The notes below the pieces were generated by a model that did no database searches, was not told the origin of the DNA, and worked only from the letters and a program-made list of their open reading frames with translations. From Trypethelium eluteriae (lineage: Eukaryota), in assembly GCA_051942245.1 (NCBI GenBank), contig JAVECL010000168.1, positions 1-40,788 of the forward strand: a stretch of 40,788 nucleotides of DNA, written 5' to 3'. Positions 12,461 through 24,663 of the stretch are shown piece after piece. The position numbers and the translations under genes are program-made. Each line of letters starts with the position of its first letter. The first letter of the stretch is position 1.

Positions 12461-14426
12461 GGTGATGGGAATATTAATACAAAGGTCGGATGAGTTTTCC
12501 TGACTCAAGACAAATCCCTGTTGCTAATACTTTGTCCTGTATGTTGTCACGGAAATTGACATATATTCCAGAGCAAATGGAAAATGCGCGGATTCGCGAT
12601 GATGTGTTTATCGTACCGTGCCGAATATGCTTGAGATGACCAGCGACCAGATGAGTCGAGCGTCTAGCTTCGGAAGAGTGCCGTGGAAGTGGGCTTCTTG
12701 AAAGAGCGGACGTCTTCACAGAAGGCTTCGGTCGAAACGAGTGGACGCCGATCGCCAGACCAGCAGTGGAGGTTACTCTGAAAGTGCCTGTGGTCAGCAC
12801 CGTAGTGAAGAGGTCGGAATAGCCAAGAGGATGGAGGAAAAGTCCTCACCTCAGCAAGGGCACATGAATTGCCTGTGCAAGTCAAATTAAATTAGATGTT
12901 GTGTACGGATGCAGCAGGAGGACGGTGCTGCGGTGGAGCGGAGAGGCGATCCGTGTGTGTTGGGTGTTCTGGGGCGCGCAGGGCGAGGTGGTACAGTTCA
13001 ATCGGTGTCGGTGTCAGTGTCGTTCCTCTGCCTCTTCCTCAACTGCTCGCCCCGGGCGAGGCGGTGATGTTGTCGACGTCGCAGCGGAGGTCGGGATGGA
13101 GTGAGGAGAGGAGAACAGCGAGGGATAGCGAAAGAGTGGAGGACTGCGGGTTGCGGGTGTCAGGAGTCGCAGGCCCAGTTTGGAGTGCGCCAGGACTTGG
13201 GACCTGCAGGGCCGGGGGAGGCGGCAAGAGCGAAATTAGCTGCATCGGCGCCCACCCGCTTTTCTTCCCGGTCGCCTCCAATCAGCGCCCGTCAGGCCCC
13301 TGCTGCCGGAAATTTCCTTCTATCTAGTCGTAGTGAATCCAAACCTCGACGACTTGATTGGTCACGACCAGGCAGACCCATAAGGCCCATCAGGCCCTCC
13401 AGCCCCCGGTCAGCCCCCGGTCAGGCACATTTTCCTCCGTGCTCACACCCCAATATACCACCACCCGCCAGTGCCACCCTGTCCAGAATCGTGTCGACCT
13501 GCACACTTGATTGCGATACGTCTGCATTGGGGTCAGACGTGCATCCACAAAATTTCCTTATCGCCTTGGTCCACCCTGTCAACAGTTCGTCTCGTATAGC
13601 AAATCGCGGCATGCCATTGATTCATTTAAACACCCTGGTCCCAATCACGCCACGACGAGGATGGCCAACAGTAGCACAAATCGATCCAATTCGACCCTTC
13701 CGATCGCGATCGCCACACAAACTCGCAGCTTCCACTCCAGTCAAGCTCAGAAGTCCTGCAGCGAGCACGCCTGAACGTGCTGTATGGCTATATGCTGGAA
13801 GGGCCTGTGCCAATAGTGTCTTGCATGTTTTAAGGACGTAGCTCTGCGAAGGGTGGAAGGGTAGGAGAATTTCTGGAAACGTGGCGATCCTCGGTTCTGG
13901 AAGGAACAACCTGACTAGAAAATGATATAGATTGTGTCTCAGTAGGTATCCTCTCCTGCCGCTCCTTTGGTCATTAATTACAGCACCGTTGGATGCCACG
14001 GTGCAAACGCGCTAGTTTCTCCGTAGATCGGCGCAACTGGTGGAAGAGAGAGATACGTGAGAGTCAATGGTGACTTGTTTTTAGCGCAATGGAGAATCGG
14101 GAGAATTGAAGCTGCGATAGGTAGGCCTAGCCAGATGGCTTACAGACTTTTCCATGGAATTAATTACCTGTGCGCCATTGAAACGAAATCTCCAACCGGT
14201 CGCATCGGCTTTGTCATTCGGGGGCTTTGGATGATGCTAATCCATCTCATGCGTCTGTCAGACAGCCCGTTTAGCGGGCGGCTCCTCCCGCAACAAGTTT
14301 CAACAGAGTATCGGAGGGAAACTGCTAGCGACGTCATCCTCGCTGCTTGCACATGATAAATCCAGAATTAGATTGTTGCTGCTCCTGATCCGATGTCAAT
14401 GCATTTCCAACAGAAATAGCACATCG

Positions 14427-16693
14427 ATGGATTACAATAAGTCATCAGCTATTCAAGAATGCAGTGTCCCTCCCCCACTGCCTCCACGCCAAAGGCGAAG
14501 AGAACCAAGTCCTCCACCTCCTTACTCCGAGACCCTTCCCCCTCCAGATTCTCGGCAACATCCATTGTTGTCGCTAACTTCAAACGATCCTCGATCGTCC
14601 TCCACCCAGTCCCTTATACCTGAAGAAAGAACTCACAATGACTCCCGCAGGAAACTCCTGCTCGTTTATATTCATGGCTTTATGGGGGCGGAGAACAGCT
14701 TTCGGAGTTTTCCCGCTCATGTCCACAATCTTCTGGTTATCACCTTAGCTGATTCTCATGTCGTGCACACGAAGATTTACCCTCGCTACCAATCCCGAAA
14801 GCACATAAAATATGCGACAGAGGACTTCAGCAAATGGTACACCCAGAGCTTCTATTATTTGGCCTGAAATTCAGCAGCTGACAGAGTCTTGTCAGGCTTG
14901 CGCCCCATGAATCTCCTACCACCGATGTTGTCCTCCTCGGTCATAGTATGGGCGGCCTCTTAGCTGCCGAAGTCGTATTGTTGCCTGCATCCTCTCCTAG
15001 AACGGGCCAGACTCTTCGGCATCATATCCTTGGCACGATAAACTTTGATGTACCCTTCCTTGGTATGCATCCAGGTGTCATCAAGAGTGGACTTGGCAGC
15101 ATCTTCAACCCAGCCCCTCCACCGACGGATAAGTCTACCTCCCTGCAGTCTCCGACTCTAAGCCCACAGCAGTCTGCAGCCAGCACACTTGCCTCTACTA
15201 GTACAGTGTCTTTAGATACGCTAACTTCCACCATGTCTGATCCTCTTGGATCGCCCGAACCCATGGATCAAAATTTCAATCCAGTTTTCGACAATGATGC
15301 TAACCGCCCCGTCCGAGAGGGCTGGAGCGGCATCTTCTATTTCGCGATGAAGCACAAAGACAATCTCTTGAAGGCAACCAGGCAACTCGTGACCTCTCAT
15401 CTTGAGTTTGGTGGAGCAATGGCAGACTTCAACGGCTTGAAAGCTCGTTATTCACGGATCAGGGCACTGGAAGAGGGAGAGGGGTCCAGGAGAAGAAGAG
15501 TGGTTGGCGGAGAAAGAACTCCGCCAAGGGTTCGATTTGTCAACTACTATACTGCAAGCACCGGTAGACCAAAGAAACCTAAACCCCAGTCCGGCAATGC
15601 ATCACAAGAAGAGGACGATAAGTCTATGGAAATCGAGCCCACGATTTCAGGATCGAGCCTTTCGGCGACGTACACCGGGCCAGCCTCGCTAAGTCCGCAG
15701 ATATCTGTCGAAGAAGACCAGGACGGGCAGATTGTATCTCAGCAGGCCCAAAGTGTAGTTGGCTCCATCGAAGGACTGGGAGGAGCAGATAATTCAGCAG
15801 ACAGCAGCAAAGAGCATGACAACTCCCACCGAAAGCCACCAGATGTGGATATAAAAGCAACAGCTCCTGACTCAGATGTACCTCTATGTCTTCCTTCAAT
15901 ACCTCAATTGCCGGCAGAGCCCGCACCCCTCAGCCTCCCTTCAGACCAGGATGAGGATACACGCAGATCCACGGAAAAAGATCATGCAGCGGCTGTCAAA
16001 GTTTACAAAGAGGCCGTGAAGTCTCGTAATAAGGTCATCAAGGAGCGTGAGAAGATCGAGGCTAAACACACGAAGCAGCTTCGAAAACAGGAAGAGACTA
16101 AAGAGAAAGCCATGCGAAAAGAAGAAGAGAGACGCCTCAAACAAGAAAAAGCCGATGCGAAGGCCAGAGAAAAAGCGACGAAACAACGGTCGAATGAGTC
16201 TACGAACACATTGAACGAAGCGCAAATCGACAAGGAAATCGAGGCGCAAGAACAGCAACTCGTTCAAGACGAAGGGTCCACTGCCGAACTTGCCTGTATC
16301 CCACCTGACGTCACACCTCTATCCCCGTCGTCGTCTCTCTGTGGAGCCCAGACACACCCTAGCTCAGACCCGGAGCCTCCTTTGGCACCTTCCGACTCGC
16401 AAGACAACCCCTCTGCGTCCTCCTCTAACAAGCCCCCACGCGACCGCAAATTCTGCATTCTCCCGCCCAAGGCCAAGAACGCGGTTGGTGAGAGCCAGCG
16501 TGATCCCACGTGGGTAAGGGTCTTTATGCCAGGCGTAGATGAAGTAGGCGCGCATTGTGGGCTGTTCTTTCTTGGAGAGACGTATGAGCGGTTGGTAGGA
16601 GACGTGGCGGGGAGGATCGAGGGATGGTGTCGGGAGGAAGAGGGGGAAAGGTGGGTGAGGGAGCACGAGAGATGGGATGATGGGGGAGGGTGA
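14427..16693 (+). CDS. DUF676-like alpha/beta hydrolase (putative serine esterase) with long disordered/coiled-coil insert, 2 exons (14427-14836, 14896-16693)
   Basis: LLVYIHGFMG oxyanion motif. Splicing yields the nucleophile elbow VVLLGHSMGG; FDVPFLG follows, and the C-terminus has DEVGAHCGLF. Confidence 0.85.
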
Positions 16694-17000
16694 TGTGGAG
16701 CACATGGGAACAGGGTCGTAATATAATCTGAGAACCGGCATCAAGATTGAGTTCAACGACATCAGGATACCCCTCAACCCCTCATGGAAAAAGCTTATTT
16801 TGTTCGGGAGATTCCGTTTTAGTAGATCTAACAGATCGTGGCTGGGCCCGACTCTCTGGTTGAGGCGGGGATGCTTCTGTAGGTACGTAATTTATCTTGC
16901 AGATGCCCAAAATGTTTCCGAGGCGATACAAGCCCAACTCCTTACCTGAGCATGCTCGCTGATACAATTTAGCGGCCGTAAAAAATCCCATATTTGAGCC

Positions 17001-19147
17001 TTAGAGCTTTACTGGGTATTTCGTCCGAATCATCTCCCCATACCTCATGAATATGAGCGGCGTCGGCATCAACACCAATGCAATGAACGCCAGCAATGAA
17101 TTTCCCCAACCCAACCCCAAAGTTGCATACATTCTCTGACCAGCCAAAGGCAACACAGCCGCGGCAACAGATCGTAGCACTGTATTCGCCGCCATGGCGG
17201 AAGCAGCATAGATGGTAAAAACGTCCACCAGATACGTTACAGCCGGCATCTTCACAAACAAACAGACAGTTCCATTAGCCTTCGAGCAACCTTTGCTTCA
17301 GAAGGGGAAATTGGAAGCCGGGCAGGAAAATTAAAAAGAGAATAACTCACAAACGATAGCATCAACCCAAACCCAAAAAACCCCGTCCCAATAATCGGCA
17401 CCACCCACTGCGTCCGCGCCTGCGCACTCCACCCATACCAGAACAGCCCAACCGGCAACAACATCGCCCCCGGCACCATCAACTTCAACCGGTGCTCCGG
17501 TTTCCAGTCGCCACGCTGGACATGCTTCCGAAAGCTCTCATTCCCAAACCGCGTATTCACGACCTGCGCCAGACATGCGCCAACGCCAATGCCCAGATAC
17601 GCGAGCCCTGCGGTGCCGAGAGTGAAGCCGTACCGCTCCTGATACACGGGGGTGAAGGTGGTGAAGAGCAGGTAGAGGTAGGCGTAGACGACGGCGACGT
17701 AGAGCGAGATGAGGAAGACGATGGGCGAGCGGATGAGCATCTTCGTTGGCCGCACGATCGAGCGCAGGAAGAGGTCGCGCGGGGAGAGGTCGGCGCTGGC
17801 GTCGAGGGCGGAGCGTAGGTGGGGGTTCCCGGTTGAGGCGCGTAGTTGCGCGGTTTTGCGCGAGAGGAGCGCGACGGCGGAGGTTTCGCGGAGGAGCAGG
17901 AAGCCGAGGAGGGTCATGACGCCGGACTGGGGGGCGGAGAGGGTGTGAGGTTAGCTTGAGGTGGCTCTGAGGTGAGGGAAGGAGGGAGAGGTGGAGGATT
18001 GGGATAGGTGGGTGGGCTCACGGTGATGGCGAGAACCCAGAAGGTCCAGCGCCAGCCTACTGCTTGGCTGAGGAAGCCGCCTGCGATGGGGCCGACGACT
18101 GGTCCGACGGCTAGAATAACGTTAAAACGACGATTGACGCATGGATTCCGAGTTGACGTACTGGGACCCATGATCCATACGGACATCGCCGTACCCCTTT
18201 GCTCCCGGCTGATGACATCAGCGATGGTACCACCCCCAAGAGTGATGGGAGCCGAGCCGGCGCATCCACTTAGGAACCGAAATCCAATTAACATGTTCAA
18301 ATTGCTACTCAAGGCACATGCGACGTTAAAAATGATAAAGAGACAGTTGCAGCTGTGGTACAAAGGATTTCGTCCCCACATTTCCGAAAGCGGAGCAATG
18401 ACTGAGGCATGTGAGCGATTTGTATTTCTATAAGAAGTCCAGGGGTGTTGGTGGTTGCCTACCGAGAGGTCCAAAGGCAAACCCTAGAACGTACACTGAC
18501 ACCACGAACCCAGCCAAGTCTTCGTTGGTCGAGTGGAAATCTTTCATGACCAGAGGTACGCCCGGAGCAAACATGGACGAACCAAGGGGAGTCAGGAAGG
18601 TGATGGCCGACACCACGGCGATCATACCCCATCGTCTGCCTGCGGGCCAGTTCATTGGGTTCATGGGATCATCAGGGCCATCCCAGTCAACGATATTGGG
18701 ATCCGGAGGCTCGGACACTTCTTCTAACTCTTCTGGCTCTTTCTCCAAGGATGCTTGAATGGGCGCCTTGAGAGGGAAGCCATTGTGGCCTTGCTTTTCT
18801 AGATCTGGATTGGAAGATTCATGTCGCAAGGTTCGTTTCGATTGTTCGTTTCGTAGGGTTCGTTCGGAATGTTCGTTCCTTAGGGTTTGCTCAGAGTAAA
18901 TATTGCGCAAGACTTGCTCGGAAACCCCCTGTTGGCTCGATTCAATAAAGTCTTTGGACTCTTTCTGGCCTGATCCCGTGGCGGCTTCACCGATGCCACT
19001 ATTATTTTCCTCTGGCTTCTCTATAGCTGCGATCTCTCTTACAGAGCCTTTGTTCGAAAATATCTCGGCACCATCGTTCCCTTCAGCCGCTAGTTCATTC
19101 CCGCCATGTCTACCGACTTCGTCGGGGAAAGGGACGTCGGGGCTCAT
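17001..19147 (-). CDS. MFS drug:H+ antiporter (DHA1 family), 5 exons (19147-18463, 18401-18162, 18110-18022, 17926-17351, 17249-17001)
   Basis: Motifs [86 protein letters not shown]. Four GT-AG introns. Confidence 0.93.
18812..18919 (-). repeat. Coding minisatellite, 4 x 27 bp ([36 protein letters not shown])
   Basis: Degenerate tandem 9-aa repeat in the N-terminal tail of the MFS transporter. Confidence 0.8.
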
Positions 19148-20130
19148 GGGTGCCTAAGTTGACGGACTTCCGTAGGTGGTAAGCTTTATGCCGAAATCGA
19201 CCTAGGTCGCACAGATTCGACCCAGAACCAAGGATGGGAAATTCTGGTGTCAGTCTTCTATCAAACGAATGTTCAAATTTACATCAGGAGAAATATTTCG
19301 CCCTTAAGCGCACAAGAGGAGGACGAGACTTTGAAACTGGCCCCATCGCATAGGAGTACCCATCCTGGGTGTTTTGTACAATTGTCACCGGAGTTAAGGG
19401 AACATACGCGAGACCGAGCCAGGAATCACCAAGGCGATCAAGATATCAGCAGGGTGATGATTGGAGTGATGTCGAATGCGATTCAAAGCTTAGTATTCTA
19501 GTCGGCAATGCGCCCGGGTGTGAGGGGATCAGATAGGTGTGTCATTTGCTGGAATAGTTGACTCGCTTCACGGAACCGGGATCGTCCCGCCTGCCGCTCT
19601 CTGCGGGAGCTCTTTCGCCTACTCATTGGCTCGGTCTTGCTTGAACCGCACTTCTCTCGTCCCAGTGGCACATTATTGTGCAGGATGACAATCCATTCAG
19701 CCGACGACATGTACTACCCTCTCACCCTCTCGCGGTCTTGTCCCTCGGCCCCTGGATATGCTAGACGAAGCCACCACCATATTCTAGCTAAATTTGGTGT
19801 AGTTTAGAGGCCACACCCCTTCAGTTGGGAGGAAATCTTTGAAACAGTAACAAAGAAAATCGAAAGTTATGAGTTGCGCAACCAGTGCATCAAAGCGTCA
19901 GCCCGATATCTACAGGTAATAATTGAGAGTACCTACCCTGACTGCCAGATTATGCGGGTGGACCAGAAATTTCCGAGTACCATGGATGCCGCTTCAGGCA
20001 CTGCCGCAGTGGACTTCCACACCAGTACGTAACACCTTCATCATTGACTTACCGTCCACTCTTGGACTGGCTTGTCTTCGACTCGTCTCGTGGAGCAGGT
20101 GGCATAGCTAGAAGATAGTGTCGTCTGAAT

Positions 20131-20146
20131 GCGGGGAAATCCGGGG
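20131..20146 (+). promoter_or_regulatory. Paired CreA-type SYGGRG sites upstream of the acetate transporter
   Basis: GCGGGG-aaat-CCGGGG about 400 bp upstream of ATG 20544; TATA-like TATAAGAA near 20433. Confidence 0.35.
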
Positions 20147-20543
20147 TCGCCCGACAGCCTGGTGTTCCAGATCTAGAAGAGCAAGGATCACAATCAGGCC
20201 CATGTTCCCAATGTCGAATCTGCCGCAAGAAAATCATTCGATTCGGCCGCGTGGAAGCAAAATTGCACGCGGCAACCGTTCCCACAGGGCGAGAGCCCAA
20301 GTAATTTCTATCCCAAACCAACGTGGTCCGGAACGCCGAGGTTCGAATGGCTGTCTCAAGATAGAAGCACCGAACAGGCTGTGGAGACTAATTCATGAGA
20401 CTTGGAGCCTAGTTCATTAGGAAATTGACTGCTATAAGAAGACGAGACCCCAAGTTAGCCGGACACCATGCGTCTGATTTTGTCAAGTAAATATAACGAT
20501 TTGTTCATTTTTCCAATCCAATTGAGTGCATCTTGCTGTCAAA

Positions 20544-21622
20544 ATGGCACCTCAGTCGCATATTGAACATGAAAAACTGGAGACAACAACAAGTAGCGAA
20601 AATGGTACTCTGCAACGTCAGGTCACCGTACAGATGAGTCCGGAGCAGTACGAGAAGCTCTTCTTTCAGCCAACACCAGCCCGCGGCGACCTCGCAAAGC
20701 GACTTGGTAATCCGACGTTGTTGGGCGTCCTCGGCTTCCTAATTCCTTACACGACCACGATGATGAGTCTGATGCAATGGAAAGGGACCAACGTATCATG
20801 TAGGCATTGGACCTATCCCGCGCACCGTACGGCATCTCACTAACTTTTTTATAATAGCCACGGTGGGTCTTAGCGGGACCTACTTCTTCCTCGGTGGTAT
20901 TGCCATGAACCTTGCTGGTGTCTGCGAGTTTATTCTCGGCAATAGTACGTGTTGAGCCTGCCTGAAGGGGCTTCCTGGAGACTTACACGTACACTAGCAT
21001 TTCCCTTTGCCGTTTTTGTCATCTACGGCTCGCACTGGTGTAACCTGGCTTACGTTGATGATCCTGCTCATAATATCGTCGGTACCTTCGATGGAGGCGA
21101 AGCAAGCAGAGCGTATAATTCGAGTCAGGGAGTGTACAATGTTGTCATGTGTGTCATGTCCACGTTCCCGCGGCATTTCTTCTGCACAATGTGACTAATC
21201 TGTTGCTCGCTTGACAGGACGTTGATCAGCTTCGTATTCTTCCTCGGTTCAATTCGGACTAACGGCCCATTCTGTCTTGCACTTTTCTGCCTCATCTTCG
21301 TATTCGCCTTCATCGCAGCGGCCAATTTCCTGACTGGGTACGCCACTGGCCCATCGGACCTGGAGCACGTGACGACTTTACTGAAAATTGGAGGAGGATT
21401 TGGCTTTGTGACTGCAATCGCAGGATGGTAAGCAAAAGGGTGTCCCCGTTGGAGATTCGTAAGAATTTTTGCTAACCAGTGTGCGCTTACAGGTACCTTG
21501 CGATCAATCTTGCCCTCGCATCAACTGGCGTACCAAGTCCACTGCCTGCGTTCGATCTTGGACATCTTGTTTTCCGGAAATCGCAGGCGGCGACCCTTGA
21601 GCGAGGAACTGAAATAGTATAG
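20544..21622 (+). CDS. GPR1/FUN34/YaaH (Ady2/AcpA-like) acetate transporter, 5 exons (20544-20799, 20858-20944, 20998-21148, 21218-21427, 21493-21622)
   Basis: LGNPTLLGVLGF (variant of the NPAPLGL signature), YFFLGG..EFILGNTFPFAVFVIYGSHW, FLGSIRTN, GWY, and C-terminal LPAFDL. Confidence 0.9.
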
Positions 21623-22650
21623 ATTTATAAAATTCGGGTATTGGTGTCCGCTGCTCTGTTGGAGAGGGAAATACTCTGTCAAGTTATTCATTCGGCGTTG
21701 GACAAAAGGGTGGTCTGGATGTGTCGTCTGAGCTCTACTCCGTCCTGATATGCATTGAGCAAACGAGTTTGCTCGATCAGAAACAAAGATTAAACTATGT
21801 CTGTACATCTCAATATCTCCTCAGGAGACAACCACGATGCAATGGCATGCGAAAACTTGGCTCGGTAGTTCCCACTACTATAGGAAAAGAACACCTGATT
21901 GAGATCGAAATGGCAGATGCCTCAACTTCAATAGAATGCAAAGGATTCTCCACAGATACTTGGGAATATAAGCTGAGCTAAGGAATATCATGGTCATACC
22001 TCGGGTACGTTGATCTGTCCTCGACGCTCATTTGACGCGCTGCAGTCCCAGCACGAATCTTGAATCTTCCAAGCGTTTTATCGAAGTTAGGTAAAGCCAG
22101 CGTGTAACGTTATTATCAGCGCCTGGCATGGACTGCGCAAGGACTGTTGAAAAAAACATCCTGCGTTAGAGCGGTCATAAAATTTTGATTCCAATTCACG
22201 TCAAACCCGATCCGAGCTACAACCGCGACAACTAGAGTAGGTTACTAAACGATAGCAAAGAAGAGTGGCTCAGATGTTTTCTCACTCATGCATTGCTTTG
22301 AGCGCTCTCTGGACCTGCGAAAGAGAACGCGGAATTTTGTGGATGATTGGTGATGGTGGCTTCTAGTGGTTGCTGTGGACGAGCCATAGAAACTCCGACT
22401 TGGAAGGGATCGGAGAGATAATGTCTGGACCAGTGGCCCATGATTTCATTAAAGTTTTCTTGGCTGCAATTCCATTGGTGGTGCGCCCGAGACTGGAGGG
22501 GACCGTATTGTCTTCTGAGTGTCTCCAGTGCGGGTGGTCTTTCGAGGCACTAGGCGATCGATTTTAATAGGAAGGTTCGGCAGGGAATGCTTCGAGGACA
22601 CTGGTTGCAGGCCCGCGGTGCGAGAAGACGGCGTGTCACTCATTCACAAA

Positions 22651-23506
22651 TCATTGTGATGGCTTTCGTCGGTCCAGAGCGTTAGCGCTCATCTTCTCCT
22701 CCATTTTCGCCAACCAAAGGTCTCTCTTGATATCATGCTGCTTTTTCCTTTCCAAGTATTCCATGTATTTGGCCTTCTGCTGCAGGTGACGTTCTCGCTT
22801 TTGGCGAGTGCGCTCTTCATCCTTCCTTCGTTGCGCAGCAATACCATCTTCTAGCTGCTTAATCTCTCGATTTGACAGCTTCCACGGCTCGGATAGGATG
22901 TTCTTCCTGAACTGCGCGAGTTCATTCCAGGCTTTGACCTCTTCGTCTGTCGTCTTGACAATAGATATACGCTTCAGCTCCAGCTGTTTCACACCTCGAA
23001 ATTCCTCTAGTGTGCCTTTGACCTTAACGACGGTTCCAATGTCGAGGAGGTTCCCAGCAAGAGCAAGCTCAGAGACACCCAAAGAAGAAATGACGTTGAG
23101 ATTGGCGACCTCCGTGTTATCAGGGCAGTCGACGGGATTGTTGGGGTCGTCTAATTGCCGTCTGATGATTTTGATGCCAAGGGTAGCACCACTGCCGTCG
23201 TCAAGGGTAAGGATTGTGTACTTCGGATTGATGTCGTCAATGGCAACGATGGGGCCAACAACACGAACGAAGCGGATTGGGTGATTGACCCAGAAGTAAA
23301 GCTTCTGACCTGTGTAGAATGAGAGTCAGTCTAAGGCAATGACAGCATCAGGATTCTATGGGTTGATGACCTTGAAAGCCGCCTTTGGCACGTTGCAGCT
23401 CATGAACTTCGGCAGCAGTCAACTTGACCCACGTGTTGTATGTCGGCGAGATCGAGAAGCACCAAGCCGGATAGATGTAGGCCTTTCCGTGCTTGCGATT
23501 GTTCAT
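22651..23506 (-). CDS. stn1: Stn1-like OB-fold protein (CST telomere-capping complex), 2 exons (23506-23371, 23309-22651)
   Basis: YPAWCFSISPTYNTWVKL...GFQ|GQKLYFWVNHPIRFVRVVGPIVAID...LTLDDGSG...IGTVVKVKGTLEEFRGVKQLELKRI...EEVKAW, the characteristic fungal Stn1 N-terminal OB fold. Confidence 0.85.
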
Positions 23507-23960
23507 ATCATGTCGTTATATGGACATCGTCGCTGAAAAGGACAACAATTGGAGGTGGCATGAAGAACAACGATATGAGGTAAGGTAGGGTAGGCGGATG
23601 CGTTGGTGTCACGAAAACACGTGATGTTATGACTGGCTTGATGTGATTGGCTGCTGAAGACTTCGATGTTTTAATTACTACAGGTACCTAACCCATCCAT
23701 CTGCCATTTAATTTGGCTGAACAACCAGCAAGCTCAACTATACTCCAGCCAACGTGCTCGATTGTTTACTCCCGCTAGAGTGACACTATGACCGCAGCTA
23801 AAAGCATACATCGCGCACGCTCACCATGGAAGACCTGTGATTTAAGGAGGTTGAGAACACTTTCTTATTGGATTTAAGTCAGGTAATCTATCTCTTACCG
23901 CTCATCACACGATGATCCCTCGTTTCTTGGATCAAACACAACTTATAGAAGACCCAACAC

Positions 23961-24365
23961 CTAAGCATTTCTCCCATTTCCCTCCCTTCGCTCACCAAGC
24001 CAGGGAAAGACTTGTCCGCTCTCTTGAGGTCGTTCGCTAAGATAGCGACGGAGCGCGTACGTTGAATGTTGCGATCCTTCTCCATTGTCTCGCAAGACCT
24101 GCCTGATCGTCTGTGGCCCAACTTCCGACTGAGTCTCGCCATCAGCACACATTCTGCTTGGTGGACTATTGTTGCTTGAGTTCCTCCTAATGCTGCCATC
24201 ACTTGTGGTAGCGGCCCAACTTCCAACTCCGCGGAGAATTTCCGCTTGCGAAGCTGCTGTCGCCTTGTGTCTCTCAGTCACGACATTAGATGAGGATGAC
24301 GGCTCTGTCGGGCCGGTCAAAGATTCGTTCTGTCGAGCTTGGGAAGGCTCAGAGCTAAGAGACTG
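23961..24365 (-). other. Possible terminal exon of a small hypothetical gene or spliced transcript
   Basis: Open frame 24365-23961 preceded by an acceptor-like CAG, with several upstream donor/acceptor-like sites (e.g. GTAACC at 24537 with a pyrimidine tract). I could not build a consistent reading frame. Confidence 0.25.
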
Positions 24366-24499
24366 AACGTTTAGACAGTTTCATTATCGAAAGATGAGGA
24401 GAAGGGCCGTCAGACCTTCTTGGTTCGAAGCCGCCTTGATGTTGAGGGCTAGACATGATATCCTTCAATAATCAAGGCAAGGAAAAGTAGTAAAGATAA

Positions 24500-24531
24500 G
24501 ATGAAGTGATGAAGTGATGAAGAGATGAAGA
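24500..24531. repeat. Short tandem repeat (GATGAAGW)4
   Basis: gatgaagt gatgaagt gatgaaga gatgaaga. Confidence 0.75.
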
Positions 24532-24663
24532 GGTTACCTGTCAGCTTCCGACTGAGACTGTCACACCCCGAATGCAGATAAATGGGTAAGAGTACATTAT
24601 TTATACCCTGATGATATGGAGCTGTGACAGGCTGGTCAGACCACGCTTACGATACCACCTGTT

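Noticed and set aside
12896..13841. ORFs of 143 and 246 aa on the plus strand
   Set aside because: Non-ATG starts and low-complexity R/P/S/G content in a GC-rich divergent promoter/5' UTR region; no recognisable domain.
24422..24432. GGTTCGAAGCC, a B-box/T-loop-like word suggesting a tRNA
   Set aside because: No cloverleaf stems or A-box could be built around it. The same applies to GTTCGAA at ~20341 and ~30778.
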